A stretch of DNA of 56,659 bases from Octopus bimaculoides (lineage: Eukaryota): positions 194,326,750 to 194,383,408 of the forward strand of contig NC_068981.1 in NCBI RefSeq assembly GCF_001194135.2, written 5' to 3'. This document shows positions 1-56,659 of the stretch, piece after piece; the stretch's first letter is position 1; every line of letters begins with the position of its first letter. Both the position numbers and the translations under genes were made by a program. The notes beneath the pieces were generated by a model that searched no databases, was not told the DNA's origin, and was given only the letters and a program-made list of their open reading frames with translations.

Positions 1-231
1 TCGAGCGTGGCCGTTTTCGTGCGGGTGACACGTAAAAGCACCCACTACACTCTCTGAGTGGTTGGCGTTAGGAAGGGCATCCAGCTGTAGAAACTCTGCC
101 AAATCAGACTGGAGCCTGGTGTTGCCATCCGGTTTCACCAGTCCTCAGTCAAATCGTCCAACCCATGCCAGCATGGAAAGCGGACGTTAAACGATGATGA
201 TGATGATGATGATGATATATATATATATATA

Positions 232-466
232 TTGGGTTAGTGCATAATTATTGTGACTTTTTTTCCAATTTTATTCAATGAAAACAATACCAATATTTAA
301 TAAAAATGGTTTGACAGTCGGCCAAGCAAATGAGAAGCAGTAATTGAAGAAGATGGTGAATATGCTCCGGAATAATCATTTAAAGATGATTTTGTTACAT
401 GTTGTTATTGTTTTTGTTGAATAAAATTTATTGGAAAAAAGTTGCAATAATTATGCACCAACCCAA
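232..466 (+). mobile_element. mariner-derived MITE
   Basis: About 38-bp TIR ttgggtt(a/g)gtgcataattattg; TA at both flanks; internal remnant ..EAVIEEDGEYAPE* resembling a mariner transposase C-terminus. Confidence 0.85.
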
Positions 467-1465
467 TACATGGCTTGGAAATAGGTGAGGATGGAAACCG
501 GATTGGCATCTGGTCATGGAAAATCTGTCTCAGTACACTCTGCCTGACATATATGACAGGTTAACTCATAGGGATATGTCTTATGTTGGTTCAGAGGTAC
601 TCTTTGTAACAATCTGGTTCCTGGTTCAATCCCACTGTATGGCACCTTATACTATAACTCCAAGTTAACCAATGCCTTGTGATTGAAATTTGGTAGATGG
701 AAACTGTGTAGAAGCCTGTCATGAAAGTGTGTGTATGTGTGTGTATTTTTTGCAGATGTAAATCAGCAAAAGATTTTAAACGAGGATGAGAAAACTGTCA
801 AACTAATTAGTGCTTTTCATTTGAAGCAAAATACTTTATAATATTTGTTCTGCACCTAGTTACAGCCACTCCTGTCAAACTGTCAACCTATACCAGCATG
901 GAAAACAGATGTTAAATGATGATGATGATGATGATGGTGTTTCAGTTGATGTCAAAATAAAGAACTTATTAAACAAGACAATCATTTAAAATTAATTAGA
1001 AATATTCTTTAATTATTGCTTTTGTCTTTTATTTGCAGATTAATTACAAAAGATCAAATTTATACATACCCCCATCCACCCAACATCACTCTCGCCCCAC
1101 CAATATTTTCTCGACAAAAAACATCTGGATTCCGATTGTAGCATAATTTAGTTGCCATCTAATGTTTATACAGGTAAGAATTTCACAGGTAAACAAAAAT
1201 ATTCTTCATTTAATCAGCCACCATTTAGTTCAAACTTTCCCTGAACACTCACACTCCTGTACAAGCTACAAGAATATCAGAAACCAGAGATGTGTGAAAT
1301 TCTTCCCTCATTCGACTTAAAACTGTATTAATCCAATCTGAACTTTGATTTCTTCAACAGAATTTTGTGTTGATTTGTTTCTTTCTACAATATTATTTGT
1401 ATTTTTTTTGTGTGTATATATTTATAATTATTCGTTTATATTTTTCAAATATAATAATTTCTTAA

Positions 1466-1471
1466 TTTATT
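1466..1471 (-). promoter_or_regulatory. candidate poly(A) signal AATAAA for the gene
   Basis: First minus-strand AATAAA seen about 230 nt after the stop; AT-rich context makes a chance match likely. Confidence 0.25.
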
Positions 1472-1701
1472 TAATTTTCAAGCTGTTATCTATCTCTCTA
1501 TCTATCTCTATATATACACATATATATATAGTGTGCTAAAAATCCATAAGTCAGAAAAAATTTGCACTTGTATACTTGTAAATGGAATGGGTTATATTAA
1601 CCAAAAAATACAGTTTATATATCCATTACAGTTGACTTTACCAATAAAAAAAAAAAGTCAAATTCTGCAGAGTGTTTAGTCTTCAGAATTTTAACAATGG
1701 T

Positions 1702-53848
<52,147 letters not shown>

Positions 53849-55002
53849 CTGCAAGCAGAAGAATAATCTCTCTTTGAAACTGAAAGAAATGCTTCCAAAC
53901 ATTGAAGATCTTAACCATTATTAATGGGAATATATAGCTTTACAGGCAGTTTTCTATGTTAAAACAACAACAATAACACACACACTTTCTCTTTGTCACT
54001 CTCTCTCTCTCTCTCATGCAATCACACACACATACTCCCACATGCTCAATCACATATTCATTCACTCTCATACAGACCCCACCACCACCACCACCACAAA
54101 CCCATTCTCTCTCTTCTTTTCCTCCCCCCACAAGCATCCTCAAACCCTAAGTGGACTGTCCACCTCATTTACAACCAATTACACCTCGTTTAGATACTCC
54201 ATCGTCCACAATAAGGCAATTGCTCATCGACTGGTATCTTAATTACGCATATCTTTATTGGTTCATACATACATCAATACATTCTTTATTGGCTTACGTA
54301 TATCAATACAATCTCTATTGATCTATGGATGTCAATAACGCCTTTATTGCTTTATGGATATCAATTCTTCCATTAGTGTTTGTTCATTTGTGGTTTTTTT
54401 ATTCCTTCAATGCCAACACACAATGCGTCCACTCGATCACTAAGCCACACTTCCATTGTCATCTCGACTAATGACTGTATTAATCTCTCCATCAATGCTT
54501 CCTAAAAACCTGATCTCACATGAAACAATTGTCCACAAAAGATTAATTTTGTTTCTAATATCTTTGAGAAATACATCAAATTATTTGATAATCCATTTGT
54601 TAACGAAATATTCCAATAATGCATCCACAGCCAGAACATATAAGTAGGAGTTCTTTTACTGGTTTCAGTGATTTGACTGTGGCCATGCTGGAGCACCACC
54701 TTTAGTTGAACAATCTGTATTAGTACTGAAAATTGAGATCGAGCGAGCTTTTGCCCTTTTGCTCAACATGTGGTTTCCAACCCCAGGACTTATTCTTTGT
54801 AATCCTAGTACTTATTCTATTGGTCTCTTTTGCTGAACTGCTAAGTTACTGAAGTGTACACACACCAACATCACTTGTCAAGCAATGGTGGGAGGACAAA
54901 CACAGACACACATGGGTTTCTTTCAGTTTCCGTCTGCCAAATCCACTCACAAGGTTTTGGTTGGTTTGAGGCTCTAAGGTGTTGTTGATAATCATAAATA
55001 TA

Positions 55003-55579
55003 CGAGGTCTGACCAAAAAGTATTGGACTGTTGCTATGGAAACAGAGTTAAAGTATGCAGATCTGAAGCCATGTGGCACAGATTGATCCCGAATTCTGTC
55101 ATGTATGCATGTTAATTTATAATATTCTCACCCACTTGTGTTGTTTATAGCAGGGCTCAGACGTAAAGTGCGTGGAATGTGGTTGCCACATGTGTCCAGT
55201 GACTGGTATTTGTGGGATTTGATATTTGGAAAGAAGGAAAAGTCACAAGGGGCGACATCTGGAGAATATTGTGGTTCTCAAACCTGGGGAATGTTGTGCC
55301 TGGCTGAAAACTGCTGCACAAGATGCGCAGTGGATGTGCAGGTGCATTACCATGGTGCAGTTGCCACTCACTGGATGCATGCAATTCTGTCCAACAACCA
55401 AACTCCACAAACTTTACTTCCAAGCACTGCTATAAACAATAGAAGTGAGAGAGGACATTATAACTTAGTGTGCGTGCGTGGCAGAGCTGGAGTTCAATCT
55501 GTGCCAAATGCCTTGACCCTGTATACTTTTAACTCTGTTACCAATAGCAACAATCTCGATACTTTTTGATCAGATCTCG
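55003..55579 (-). mobile_element. internally deleted mariner element
   Basis: TIR cgag(g/a)tctga(c/t)caaaaagtat; TA TSDs; remnants WQLHHGNAPAH and YSPDVAPCDFSFFPNIK. Confidence 0.9.
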
Positions 55580-56659
55580 TAAAACATGAAGTGAGCTAAG
55601 ATATTCCAGTAAGTACCTCCTGACTGGCCCTCGTGCCAGTGGCACGTAAAAAGCACCCACTACACTCTCAGAGTGGTTGGCATTAGGAAGGGCATCCAGC
55701 TGTAGAAACCTTGCCAGATCAGACTGGAGCCTGGTGTAGCCTTCTGGTTCGCCAGTCCCCAGTCAAATCGTCCAACCCATGCCAGCATGGAAAGCAGACA
55801 TTAAACGAGGATGATGATGATGATGATGATGGTCAACAAGCATTTGTTATTGTTGAGGATCATCATCATCATCATCATCGTCATCACCATCATATTAATA
55901 TTTCACCACACTGACTCCTGTGTGTATAGTCGATGGCTATACACACTGCATATTCACTACCAAACACCATTCCACATCTTGCATACACCACATGTGGTCT
56001 GCCACATTCACTGTCCATGTTTCACTATCAAACACCACATGTAGTCCTCTGCATTCATTGTCCATGTTTGACCAATCAAACACCATGACAAATATTTCAA
56101 CAACATCTTCCATCCCATTCAAAGTTCGAACAGCTGTCACCTCTGTTGATTCCACAAGAATGCAATAGAGCTTCTACATGGCTGCTTTACCTGCAAGAAA
56201 TAGAAGTCAAACCTCCCTAAAACCATACTTAAGAATCTTTAAAAGGGAAGACATCTTAGATAATGTAGGTCAAGATATAAAGTCTCTAAAAAAGAAAGAA
56301 GGATCAATTGGGATGGAATATCCTTGACCATGAGCAGATACACATTAAAAAAAAAAATGACTGAAATTTCATTTGTAATGTGAAGGAAGGAGTTTAAGTT
56401 CATTGAAATAATTTGAGTTAAATCAGAAATGCCACGTGTTTATCAGGTGATAACATACATGATAAAACAAATGAATGGGAAAAGGTGTGTGGGAGGACTG
56501 GAAGGTGGTAGCTGCAGGTAAACATAATGAAACTAGGTCAAAGTGGTATGGTCAAGTGATAAGAAGGGATTGAAGTTACTTGAAGCATTTAACGAAATAG
56601 AAGGGGATATAGCATCATACAACGTGGAAGACAGTGGAAGACAGTGGAAGACAATTGGA

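Noticed and set aside
1039-1173. Plus-strand exon-like segment (tttgcag..CAG/gtaag)
   Set aside because: Stop codons in all three frames and no partner exons; cannot be supported without RNA data.
53849-53898. Upstream in-frame extension/alternative acceptor (MEAFLSVSKRDYSSAC)
   Set aside because: The acceptor at 53849-53850 gives the conserved 85-nt phase-2 exon; the extension has no clear homology.
55937-56155. Minus-strand ORF as candidate exon 1
   Set aside because: No similarity to the MTHFD1 N-terminus, no presequence character and no suitable phase-2 donor; may be decayed LINE sequence.

Overview
AT-rich, microsatellite- and retroposon-dense animal genomic DNA with six small N gaps. 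The repeat families look like those of coleoid cephalopods, probably Octopus (inference, not searched). One protein-coding gene spans almost the whole window on the minus strand: a C1-tetrahydrofolate synthase (MTHFD1 family). I reconstructed 23 GT-AG coding exons (53848 down to stop at 1702; 2755 nt; all intron phases compatible). The first coding exon was not found and is probably beyond the right edge. The formyl-THF synthetase domain is intact, but NADP-binding and several folate-binding residues of the dehydrogenase/cyclohydrolase domain are replaced, reminiscent of monofunctional MTHFD1L. The introns carry three tRNA-derived SINE families, many 3' tails and coding remnants of an RTE LINE, mariner/Tc1 and hAT MITEs, and an R4/Dong-like RLE LINE fragment. 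Main discovery candidate: at least four unrelated sequence families of minimal type I hammerhead ribozymes with palindromic (dimer-type) stem III, of the kind associated with Penelope-like elements. One family is built into a repeated tRNA-head SINE-like element that occurs with inverted partial copies, and one inverted copy begins at the predicted cleavage site.
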